64,000 nucleotides of DNA from an uncultured bacterium (GTDB lineage Bacteria > Patescibacteriota > Minisyncoccia > Phycocordibacterales > UBA6065): NCBI GenBank assembly GCA_966243015.1, contig CBIMES010000001.1, forward strand, positions 50,598 through 114,597. Reading direction: 5' to 3'. Each line of letters starts with the position of its first letter. The first letter of the stretch is position 1. The position numbers were made by a program, and so were the translations under genes. Positions 18,701 to 25,861 of this stretch are shown one piece after another. Under the pieces are notes generated by a model, which was not told where the DNA came from, searched no databases, and saw only the letters and a program-made list of their open reading frames with translations.

Positions 18701-21347
18701 CGCGGCAAATAGTAGTATAGGATTTTTTGTGGATGGATCGCAGAGGGTTATAATCGACCAGTCTGGTAATGTTGGCATTGGCACGACTACGCCTGGGGTA
18801 AAACTTGAAGTGGCGGGAGACGTGCGTATTCCGACGGGAAGTGTCGGCACGGCATCCTTGCGTTTCGGTGTCGATAACAACTCCGGTTTTTACCAGCCGT
18901 CTTCTGGCTCCATCGCTTGGACTTCAGGAAGCGTTGAAAGGTTCAGAATTACTAACACCGGAGAAGTTGGTATCGGTACCACGAGCCCGACGGCCCGTCT
19001 CCAGGTCGACGTCGTGGACAGCGATGCCTCGTCGTATACGGGTGACTTCGCCGTCGTTGGCTCGACCAATAAGGCCGTGGCTTTGGGTGTTAATTCGACG
19101 TACGGCTGGATGCAGTCTCATGGTAGCGTCCCTTTGGCTATTAACCCGAACGGAAACAATGTTGGAATCGGAAGCACCTCTCCGGCGCACCTTCTCTCGG
19201 TGAGCGGAAGCTCGGGCGGATGGATGGGCTTCAACTCTGCCGGCACGGGCGGCGGCGGATCGCCGACCCTTTCCCTCAGCGTGAGCCCGGCCTCGAACGC
19301 GAGCGCGGGAGCGTACCAGACCCTCAGGGGAAACCTCGAGGCGTGGGTTGACGTCATTGCCCAGAACAACGCATCGGGCCAGCGCCACATGAGGTTCGGT
19401 AACGGCCAGCCTACCAATACTTTCTCGGTGCAGGCGCTTAACGACGCGGGCAACACCATCCTGAGGACTCCGTTCTCGGTGCACAATCTTGCTCCGACCG
19501 CGTCTCTCTACGTTAGCTCGACGGGTAACGTGGGCGTGGGAACGTCGAGCCCTGCCGCGCCTCTCACCGTCTTCTCGACGGTGGCAAACAACGCTGCCGG
19601 TCAGGAAGTCCTCAGGCTCGGCGCGCCTCTTTCCGGAGGAATCCCCGGCTCTGGCCCTGCTATAGTGTTCGCGAACAACGCGGGAACCGTCGAGAACTTC
19701 AAGATCAGGTCGGGCGCAGACGCCTCGGGATCGGGAAGGGGTAACCTCACGTTCTCGGGCGGCGGCGCGACCCTCGCGACCCTTTCCGACCTCATGACCC
19801 TCTCCTATACCGGAAACCTCGGTATCGGCACGACCTCTCCGGCCGCGAAGCTCTCGGTCGTGGGCGAGACGCTTTCGAGCTGGTTCACCGCGACCTCGAC
19901 GACGGCGACCTCGTCGATCGCCGGAAGCTTCGACGTGGGCAACGGCGCCCTCAGGTACAACTACGGAACGGGCCTCACCTCGATCGACAACCTCCAGCTC
20001 GGCAACCTCAACTTCGAGGCCGACTCGGGCGTCGTCACCTGGGTCGACATGCCTGTGACCGCTGCGTCGGCTGCCGGCACCAAGCAGAGCTACACCGCCT
20101 CGATCAACGGCAACCCGCTCCTCACCGTCTACTCTGAGTCAGACGGCGCGGGCGGCATCCAGAACTCGGGCGTAGGCATCGGCACCTCCACGCCGCTCGC
20201 GAAGCTCGACATCTGGGGCAATTTCCGCGTGTCAACCTCGACTTCGGCCGCCTCGCCGCTTGTCTTCGCGAACACGGCTTCGGGAATGTTCGGTATCGGT
20301 ACCTCTTCTCCGACCGCGCAGCTTCACACGACGGGCACCGTCAGGTTCTCGAACTTCGGATCGGGTACTCTCACGACGGATGCGAGCGGAAACGTGTCGG
20401 TATCGTCTGACGAGCGGCTCAAGGACATCTCGGGTCGATTCAGCCGAGGCCTCGAGGACCTCAAGAAGATCAGCCCGATCCTCTACAAGTGGAACGCGAC
20501 GTCTGGTCTCGATATGGTCGAGCTCTACGCCGGATTCTCTGCCCAGAACGTCGAGACCGCGATTCCCGAGGCTGTCGGCGTCAATCCGAATGGCTTCCTC
20601 AGCCTCAACGACCGACCTATCCTCGCGGCCTCGGTCAACGCGATCAAGGAGCTCGCGCTCTCCGTCGCAAGCACGACCGAACGCGTGGCGGGAATCGAGA
20701 GCAGGGTAAGGAGCCTCGAGCTCACCCTGGCGACCGCCGGCGTTCCTGGGTTCGTGACCGCTACGACCTCGGCATCCTCGACGATCGAGACGGTTACGGG
20801 ATGGCTCGCGTCGCTCGGCGCTTCGATTGAGAACGCGGTCGCGCGATTCGTGACGGTCATTGCTGACGCAATCTCGACCAAGAAGCTCACTGTGGGCGAC
20901 ACGTCCAACCTCGCGGCGTCGGGCATCACTATCTTCGACCGATCGACCGGCCAGCCTGTGTGTATGTTCGTCGAGGGCGGCGTCATGAAGAGCGAGCCGG
21001 GGGAGTGCGGCGCGCAGAGCCAGCCTTCGACCCCAGAGCCTTCGCAGCAGGATCCTCAGCCGACCCAGCCTGAGCCGGCGCCCTCAGAGCCATCGGGCGA
21101 GACGGCCTCGACCACGCCGGAAGTGACCGGCTCTACGGGCACCACCACTCCTGAGATTGCCCCTGAGCCGACGGCAAGCACGACCCCCGAGGTAACGCCG
21201 GAGGCTCAGCCTGAGGTGCCTCAGGAAACCACCGGCCCAGAAGAGGTCGTCGCTTCAGAGACGGAGCCTGAGCAGGCCCCTGAAGCCCCAGAAACGCCCT
21301 CAGAGCCCGCTTCCGAGCCCGAGCCGACTCCCGTAGCAACCGAGTAA
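12711..21347 (+). CDS. Giant surface/fibre protein: N-terminal HTH, TM helix, Ser/Thr-rich stalk, about 16 GNVGIGT(T/S)(S/T)P repeats, peptidase S74 chaperone domain, Pro/Glu tail
   Basis: ISSRRAADLCAYTQDYVGQLIRSGKLEAKMVGRNWFV (HTH_17/MerR-like); SSDERLKDI...PILYKWN...GFSAQNVETAIPEAV (S74). Confidence 0.85.
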   Translation: MSSDLFFEGKKFISSRRAADLCAYTQDYVGQLIRSGKLEAKMVGRNWFVAEESILAYKRLADESSKTLFQKTDEAISASRDASEHEAVEAVEVPVAAKAPDPVIPEVVSPVPAVREEAYVGLVYTYDERSSLPELKKTSVQPVAKAVVEPAVPETVEEVVPEPVAGVVSPFIYEESIEGLGGDFGMIDIGRKALAAALSLSLVLGSYYMADAERSRSFLSSTEAVGSRMSLAVTDTFAKLAASVGVVKEAYLAAVHNAGVYAVEGVVAFVGAAEDVVSLYGDAVETVGRRSSDASDVLASVSIPDTARTIAAQIRVEGIGSASLAAASTAGGSLVSGLESVAVGVYEAINPIFSRTSSFLAGLFAPKDTVLVIDTPAPIAPQPEPQREAVAVVASPVVVTQPAQPVTQVNNTYYQTSGLSAADVTALVKSATADLEAQVAQAQLDALRANENARNAADRGSRYDLDRITIRRSEIKDSRMTGSTIADSRIENSTLVNANLTGTTTAGLIAADSITANSITFSNSNIQNSTTTNATSTNLFASAFAADRLQVAGSTGVTITSSGLVGIGTSTPEAQLAIAQITNGLPMLSARRVTDVAPSGDFINYRSADGGTVLFRVDNSGNLLAGGIITTGSYTVTSTSTPQFRVQYDGSAEMTTMVASTGAAVIAVNGSNPSVSFVPQSNGTSTFAVTDASLAPIVSVNTIDKSATVTNLIASTGVVAGLSSTYSTSTNATSTNFFSANFVAVNSLSDNATTTNLSAATVSAGDIVATGSLAVTGQTTLGGVVLVNSTTTNAVGTNLAFVNSTSTNLYAQSLASDDSVLGNATSTNFFSTFGRLLTGTIDSLSSTIASIGDLFANTLVVTNSTTTNATTTNLYAQSLVAGTSTFAALNASGQVVVGTTTGSSYIGWGGYGYDAALTVEGGAKIVSNTGETLIQNTTNYPVHDDTTLFRNNVLAIQNTGVTATNRKLPSAIRFLDETGAEMGAIGYSNDNVWAPFAESFFISASQPYYPGTPAQAPTRFALLQEGLYQSVARYAPRLEFTTDWTTNFKDPLGNTNLSISPSGTSTFRYSLTSQVSSSTVLTVHNTGGSFNTSSAPLSSYAGSFTSASTRSAGSNALTNVGIYASASGAQNNYAAIFDQGNVGIGTSTPNRALSVVGDIDFTGSLRTGGVARINSGGVFIAANGTVGNPGYNFSGDTGSDTGMYRVAEDTIGFSTAGVNRLTIGNTGNIGVGTTSPTARVSTVFSSNSTSNAINLSPSNDGNRALWLDGNMINVSTVVSSYSQTANSLPLFIQPYWSNFQTGLTVGTTTNQTAVNTAMIVYGSNASSATTSRTFATRNGDNTETFTVLNSGNIGIGTTSPSTRLTVHETGSLAAARLLNASNAFDTLQLQSTISNGYSSIGFLNTSGNSMGGFGYANTGVAGSLQDKVYFYSVSKDMVFSTNNGSTGMLTLNTAGNLGIGSTTPLSTLSVTGSGTTRPFTVASSTGNALFSVGIDGSSTSTGTSTAASFVSTSVIATSSIMGSLHVGGLSNTTARLYSSGAIQFINGTDPGLYGALWSPNSGDFAANMAGPQLAFYTGGNNARIERLRIDSAGNVGIGTTSPTQLLTLYKSGGDAYTQYASSNTGSAATDGFHVGVGTAGEAFLNNRESTSMLFRTAGVSRMVIDSGGNVGIGTTTPLTKLDIVSNISDRIRMTGSSSDTNPVNGSWGGAMYLSNSDTTSGNYNGVLFANATPAWTSGIFGINTTHANRTGELSFFTWNAGVGSEKMRITPAGNVGIGTTSPASLLAVSGKGTFGTSDAVTPQLEVIGGTSGAGMIRLNRAGTGTVFDWALTGGGLAFNDVSGASGATVVNIFGASGLNELYVGQASKTIVDTRASLISGTTFGSSAGTDVAAQNLTLRSGLGTGAGVPGDLVFQTGTVLASGSTAQSGSARLTIKATTGNVGIGTTTPQKLLHLYGDPTTARLRMQSNTALNSVYAEMATDASTGSFNLLADHSAGAANSSIGFFVDGSQRVIIDQSGNVGIGTTTPGVKLEVAGDVRIPTGSVGTASLRFGVDNNSGFYQPSSGSIAWTSGSVERFRITNTGEVGIGTTSPTARLQVDVVDSDASSYTGDFAVVGSTNKAVALGVNSTYGWMQSHGSVPLAINPNGNNVGIGSTSPAHLLSVSGSSGGWMGFNSAGTGGGGSPTLSLSVSPASNASAGAYQTLRGNLEAWVDVIAQNNASGQRHMRFGNGQPTNTFSVQALNDAGNTILRTPFSVHNLAPTASLYVSSTGNVGVGTSSPAAPLTVFSTVANNAAGQEVLRLGAPLSGGIPGSGPAIVFANNAGTVENFKIRSGADASGSGRGNLTFSGGGATLATLSDLMTLSYTGNLGIGTTSPAAKLSVVGETLSSWFTATSTTATSSIAGSFDVGNGALRYNYGTGLTSIDNLQLGNLNFEADSGVVTWVDMPVTAASAAGTKQSYTASINGNPLLTVYSESDGAGGIQNSGVGIGTSTPLAKLDIWGNFRVSTSTSAASPLVFANTASGMFGIGTSSPTAQLHTTGTVRFSNFGSGTLTTDASGNVSVSSDERLKDISGRFSRGLEDLKKISPILYKWNATSGLDMVELYAGFSAQNVETAIPEAVGVNPNGFLSLNDRPILAASVNAIKELALSVASTTERVAGIESRVRSLELTLATAGVPGFVTATTSASSTIETVTGWLASLGASIENAVARFVTVIADAISTKKLTVGDTSNLAASGITIFDRSTGQPVCMFVEGGVMKSEPGECGAQSQPSTPEPSQQDPQPTQPEPAPSEPSGETASTTPEVTGSTGTTTPEIAPEPTASTTPEVTPEAQPEVPQETTGPEEVVASETEPEQAPEAPETPSEPASEPEPTPVATE

Positions 21348-21359
21348 TGAAAATCGTCC

Positions 21360-21902
21360 ATGAGCCATACAAAAAGAAACAAGAAATCGACCGTTTCCGC
21401 AGTCATCGTCGCCCTCGTGGTCCTGGCCGCCCTCGCCGCGTATCTTTTCGTCGGGCAGGGGACTGCCTCCAGGGAGGCATCGGGAACCGAGGCGAGAAAG
21501 GAGTCTAAAGCGTTTGAGTACCGCAAGACGGGCCTCTCGTTCTCGCACGACTCTGAACATACGGTTCGGGTCGTGTCTGATCAAGGGATCGATACGATTG
21601 TGGTCCAGTCGGAGTCTGACACGTCCAAGGGCCTTCAGATTTCCGTCCTGCCGTACGAGGACGATCCGTCGACTCTCACGTTCCAGAAGATCATGTCCGA
21701 CATACCCGACATGAAGGTCGAGAGGCCTCAGGTCGGCACTCTGCCGTTCGGCTCACAAGCCCTCTCGTTCGAGACGGGCGACGGAGCTTTGCGCACAAGG
21801 GAAGTGTGGTTCGCTCGTGCGGGCTACGTGTATCAGATGAGCGCGCCGATTGGCTCGTCCGGGCTGATTGAGTCGACCATAGCGTCCATGTCATTTGAGT
21901 AA
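21360..21902 (+). CDS. Membrane-anchored hypothetical protein
   Basis: N-terminal TM followed by a beta-rich domain; co-oriented with its neighbours. Confidence 0.7.
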   Translation: MSHTKRNKKSTVSAVIVALVVLAALAAYLFVGQGTASREASGTEARKESKAFEYRKTGLSFSHDSEHTVRVVSDQGIDTIVVQSESDTSKGLQISVLPYEDDPSTLTFQKIMSDIPDMKVERPQVGTLPFGSQALSFETGDGALRTREVWFARAGYVYQMSAPIGSSGLIESTIASMSFE

Positions 21903-21903
21903 T

Positions 21904-24117
21904 ATGAGGAAACTATTATTCACAGCGCTTCTCGCGATCGCGGCATTCACGATACTCTCGGGAGATGCTCTTGCCGCGACGCTCGTCAGGCCGGCGAACA
22001 ACCTGGGGCTTGTGGGATGGTGGACCCTTGATCAGGGTACGTCGACGCGAGCGACGGATTCCTCGGGCTACGGGAACAATGGCACGCTTTTTAACTTTGC
22101 CGCCCCCGCAACTGTCTCGAGCGGATGGACGACGTACGGCAAGAGGGGAGGCGCGATGCTCTTTGACGGTACGAACGACACTATCCAGGTGCCTCATGGC
22201 GCCTCGATGAAGCCGTCCTCGACCATGACCGTGTCGGCGTGGGTCAAGCCAGACGTCGGATCGCTCTCGAGCGCCATACGCGAAATCTACAGGAAGGAGG
22301 ATGCCCAAAGGCACCTTTTCTCCTTTCAGATGCCGGCAGGTCAATGCGCGACGGGTACGGGTGTCTCAACGTGCATTTCCTTCGGCATAGTCGTCGGGGG
22401 CACGTACTCTGAGTTTGACGTCCCGATTACTGCGTCAGATTTCGAGGGCAGGTGGCGACTCGTCACTGCGGTGTATGATGGTACGAACAGGTATATGTAC
22501 TTCGACGGCGTACTTGCATCGAGCACGCCCACCACGGGAGCCATCGGCACATCGGGAACCAATTCCGCGTATATAGGTTCGAACGGCGGAGGTGGCGAGT
22601 GGTTTAAGGGGGCAATTGATGATCTCCGCGTCTACAGCAGGGCCCTTTCCGCATCGGAGGTTGAGGCGTTGTACTCGACGGGAGCCGTCACGAGAAAGAC
22701 GGCAAACAACACAGACCTCTTTGGTTCGTGGACCTTCGACGAGGGAACCTCGACTGTCGCACACGACTTTTCGGGCAATGGCAGGAATGGAACGCTCAAC
22801 GGTTTCCCTGCGGTGTCTACCGTGTCGAGCGGCTGGGCCTTGGGGAAGAGGGGGAACGGACTGGTCTTTGACGGAACCAACGATTACGTTGAGGTTGCCA
22901 ACACGCTCTCTGATATAGGCACCGGATCGTTTACCTCGGCGGCATGGTTCAGGGCGTCGAACACAGGTATCACTTGGAAGCGCGTCATGCACACGGGCTG
23001 TGTCGCCTATACCAACGGCATGTTTATGGCCCGTTGGAACGCAAGCGGCCAGATGGCCGCAGCCGTATGCAACGGATCGGCAGCGGCTAACAGCTTCGTG
23101 CCCGTGACAACGGCAACCTATCTCGACGGCAGGTGGCATCACATGGCGTTCGTCGTTGACCGCGTCGCCGGTACGGCACGGATCTACATTGATGGTGTCA
23201 ACGTGACGATTCAGAAAAATATCTCTGGCACGGAATGCGGCACGCTTTCCGGTGACTCTCTGTATCTCGATATCTCGGCGTGCCCGTCGGCAACCGTGGC
23301 CGGCGGTAACCTCCGCCTCGGTGCGAACTCGACGGGAGGCGAGAGGTGGGACGGATTAATCGACGATGCCAAGCTCTATTCGAGAGCCCTCTCTGCCTCT
23401 GAGATTTCAGGTCTCTATTCCCAGGGGGCGGCGACCATCGGCGTTACCACCGACAAGGTGTCGAGCGGCTTGGTCGGGTATTGGTCGTTCAATGGAAAGG
23501 ATATGGACTGGTCATCTAACACCGCCTATGACAGGTCTGGGTACGGTATTAACGGCATTGGTACCGCGCAGCTCTCGGCGACAACGTCGCCCGTGGCTGG
23601 CAGGGTTGGGCAGGCACTCTCTTTCACGGGGGCAAACGGCCTGGACATGCCTGTCACCACGGGCTCAATAGGGGCTCTCACGAACGCCATATCCATGTCT
23701 CTGTGGGTTAAGAGGGGCGACGACGGAACCTTCAGGAATATCGCGGGCGTGACCAAGGACGATTCGACTACGTCTTATTCCTGGGGTTTCAGGGTTAACA
23801 ACACTAACAATGTCTTCTTCGACGTGTTTGTTTCTGGGTTCAGGCTTCAGGTCGGAGACCCTTCGGTCGTGCCTGTCGGCACGTGGGCGCACTACACGTT
23901 CACTTGGGACGGTGCAAACCTTATCCTATATAAGAACGGAGTCCTTACGAGCTCAACCACGAGGTCGGGTACGCTCGATCCGTATAACACCAAACAGTTC
24001 GGCATATCAAACACAGGCGGTTATTCGCGCTTCGTCGGCTCGATCGATGAGGTAAGGGTCTACAACAGGGCCCTCTCCGCGGCCGAGGCAAAGCAGCTCT
24101 ATCTCATGGGCAAATAG
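21904..24117 (+). CDS. Secreted protein with three LamG/concanavalin A-like domains
   Basis: Signal peptide; three copies of LVG.W.(F/L)..D.SG.G.NG ... G.ID(D/E)..Y.RALS. Confidence 0.9.
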   Translation: MRKLLFTALLAIAAFTILSGDALAATLVRPANNLGLVGWWTLDQGTSTRATDSSGYGNNGTLFNFAAPATVSSGWTTYGKRGGAMLFDGTNDTIQVPHGASMKPSSTMTVSAWVKPDVGSLSSAIREIYRKEDAQRHLFSFQMPAGQCATGTGVSTCISFGIVVGGTYSEFDVPITASDFEGRWRLVTAVYDGTNRYMYFDGVLASSTPTTGAIGTSGTNSAYIGSNGGGGEWFKGAIDDLRVYSRALSASEVEALYSTGAVTRKTANNTDLFGSWTFDEGTSTVAHDFSGNGRNGTLNGFPAVSTVSSGWALGKRGNGLVFDGTNDYVEVANTLSDIGTGSFTSAAWFRASNTGITWKRVMHTGCVAYTNGMFMARWNASGQMAAAVCNGSAAANSFVPVTTATYLDGRWHHMAFVVDRVAGTARIYIDGVNVTIQKNISGTECGTLSGDSLYLDISACPSATVAGGNLRLGANSTGGERWDGLIDDAKLYSRALSASEISGLYSQGAATIGVTTDKVSSGLVGYWSFNGKDMDWSSNTAYDRSGYGINGIGTAQLSATTSPVAGRVGQALSFTGANGLDMPVTTGSIGALTNAISMSLWVKRGDDGTFRNIAGVTKDDSTTSYSWGFRVNNTNNVFFDVFVSGFRLQVGDPSVVPVGTWAHYTFTWDGANLILYKNGVLTSSTTRSGTLDPYNTKQFGISNTGGYSRFVGSIDEVRVYNRALSAAEAKQLYLMGK

Positions 24118-24136
24118 CGATATATAATTACAGCAT

Positions 24137-24355
24137 ATGACACCAGAACAAGAGCAGATTTTGAGGGAGGTTAAGCAGCTCGCGGAGGAGAACGCCGAGA
24201 CACTGAGGGTCATCAGGCGCTCGTATAGGATCGGCAACATCATGAGGGTTGTCTACTGGGTTTTCCTCATCGGCCTCTCGCTCGGCGCGCTCTATTTCAT
24301 CCAGCCGTACGTCGATACCGCAAAGGACGCGTACAGCGAACTCCTCTCTTTCTAA
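24137..24355 (+). CDS. Small membrane protein
   Basis: Coiled N-terminus plus one TM; TATAAT upstream. Confidence 0.7.
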   Translation: MTPEQEQILREVKQLAEENAETLRVIRRSYRIGNIMRVVYWVFLIGLSLGALYFIQPYVDTAKDAYSELLSF

Positions 24356-24360
24356 TTAAT

Positions 24361-24467
24361 CACACAAAGCAAAAGTCCTCAGGAAACTAGCGAGCGCGAC
24401 CGGCGCGAGCTCGAGGAATTTCCCAGCAGGGAAATATCCGTGTTCCTGAGGACTTTTGCTTTGTGTG
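24361..24467 (+). repeat. Nested structured element copy 1: 57-nt core (24386-24442) in a 25-bp perfect IR
   Basis: Arms CACACAAAGCAAAAGTCCTCAGGAA / TTCCTGAGGACTTTTGCTTTGTGTG; core identical to copy 2. Confidence 0.9.
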
Positions 24468-24538
24468 CTTGGACCCAGGTTCGAACTGGGGACCCTTCCC
24501 TCTTCAGGGGAATGCTCTACCAACTGAGCTATCCAAGC
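24466..24538 (-). tRNA. tRNA-Phe(GAA)
   Basis: Cloverleaf; anticodon arm TTCCC-CTGAAGA-GGGAA. Confidence 0.95.
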
Positions 24539-24599
24539 GGTTCATATAATCTAAGGCTTTTTCGCCCAAATCGCAAGGGTCTCGATTAAACGGAATAAG

Positions 24600-24688
24600 A
24601 AAAGGCCTTTGGAAGACTAGCGAGCGCGACCGGCGCGAGCTCGAGGAATTTCCCAGCAGGGAAATATCCGTGCTTCCAAAGGCCTTTT
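24600..24688 (+). repeat. Nested structured element copy 2: identical 57-nt core (24616-24672) in a different 16-bp perfect IR
   Basis: Arms AAAAGGCCTTTGGAAG / CTTCCAAAGGCCTTTT. Confidence 0.9.
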
Positions 24689-24690
24689 GC

Positions 24691-25149
24691 TTATGAAGAC
24701 TTTACTCGGAGCTTGCTCTGCTTTGACTTGTCTATCTTCGGGAGGCGGATGGTGAGGAGTCCGTGCTTCTCGGTCGCCTCGGCGTCCTCGACCTCGATTT
24801 CCTCGGGGAGCATGACGGTTCGGGAGAATGAGCCCCAGTAGAGCTCGCGGTGGAAGTAGTTGCCGTCGCTCGTCTCCTCTGACTCCTCGCGCTTGCCCTT
24901 GATGGTCACCATGTCTCGGGTGATATTCACGTCGAGGTCCTCTGGTCGCACGCCCGCCACCATGGTCTTGATGACGATCTCCTCGGGCGTCTGGAACACG
25001 TCGACGGTGAGCTGACCCTCGGTCTCGGTTTCCTCGAGGAGGCCGTTGTGAATCTCGCCCGGCTGGGTGTCGAAGTCAGTGTCCGCCTCGTCCTCAATCT
25101 TGACGGTGCCGGTCAGACGCTCAAAGAACGATTTTTTTGATGGGTGCAT
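24691..25149 (-). CDS. Hsp20/alpha-crystallin small heat shock protein
   Basis: VDVFQT, RELYWGSFSRTVMLP, HGLLTIRLPK. Confidence 0.93.
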   Translation of the reverse strand: MHPSKKSFFERLTGTVKIEDEADTDFDTQPGEIHNGLLEETETEGQLTVDVFQTPEEIVIKTMVAGVRPEDLDVNITRDMVTIKGKREESEETSDGNYFHRELYWGSFSRTVMLPEEIEVEDAEATEKHGLLTIRLPKIDKSKQSKLRVKSS

Positions 25150-25150
25150 A

Positions 25151-25861
25151 TTAGGTGGTTTGTTGTGCTTTCTTTATCTTCTCAAACAGAAGGAGGACGA
25201 CGATTGCCATCATCCAGATGACGGAGAATGCGAGGAATGTTTTGCTCCCGTTTGCATCACCTATTATAAACAGGTTGAAGAGCGTGTGCAATCCAATCGC
25301 GAGCGAGAGGCCGAGCAGTCGCCAGAGCATCTTCCATATCCTGCTGCTGTGGAACTGGCTGCCGATTGCGTAGCCGAGAATCGCCGAGCAGACGACGTGC
25401 AGCATGCTCGCGCCCATGAACCTCATGTTGCCCGTGACGGCGCCTTTCCAGACGTCGCCCTCGAGAAGCGGCGTGAGGATGAAGAGCGTGTTCTCGAGCG
25501 CCGCGAATCCGAGCGCGGCGGTGATCATGTAGATGATGGCGTCGACGGGCTCGTCGTAATCGACGGTGTAGAGCACGAGAAGGGCCACGACGACGTACTT
25601 GGCGAGCTCCTCGAAGGCAGCCCAGAGGAAGAGCGTGGTCGGTCCAAGGCCGAGCTCGAGGATGGTGAGCTTCTGGAGCGGGTACATGAGGGGCACGACG
25701 GCCATGCCGCCGAGGAAGACGAGGAGGAGGTGGCGAAGGGGCTCGGGGTGCAGCTTGTCCTCGCGGGTCCAGAACCAGAGCCAGAAGAGCGCGGGAAGGA
25801 TTCCGCCGATGACGGCGTAGGTGAGCGCTGACGTGGGGAACGCTGTGGCTAGCTCGGCCAT
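25151..25861 (-). CDS. PrsW-family intramembrane metalloprotease
   Basis: EP motif, AFEELAK, ALGFAALEN, conserved His in MLH and GLH. Confidence 0.9.
   Translation of the reverse strand: MAELATAFPTSALTYAVIGGILPALFWLWFWTREDKLHPEPLRHLLLVFLGGMAVVPLMYPLQKLTILELGLGPTTLFLWAAFEELAKYVVVALLVLYTVDYDEPVDAIIYMITAALGFAALENTLFILTPLLEGDVWKGAVTGNMRFMGASMLHVVCSAILGYAIGSQFHSSRIWKMLWRLLGLSLAIGLHTLFNLFIIGDANGSKTFLAFSVIWMMAIVVLLLFEKIKKAQQTT

Noticed and set aside
12711-24117. Prophage tail module or DGR target
   Set aside because: No capsid, terminase, integrase or reverse transcriptase genes, and I saw no adenine-specific TR/VR repeat pair.
24361-24688. CRISPR array or tRNA att-site duplication
   Set aside because: Only two adjacent 57-nt copies, separated by a tRNA gene; no cas genes; the core is not tRNA-derived.
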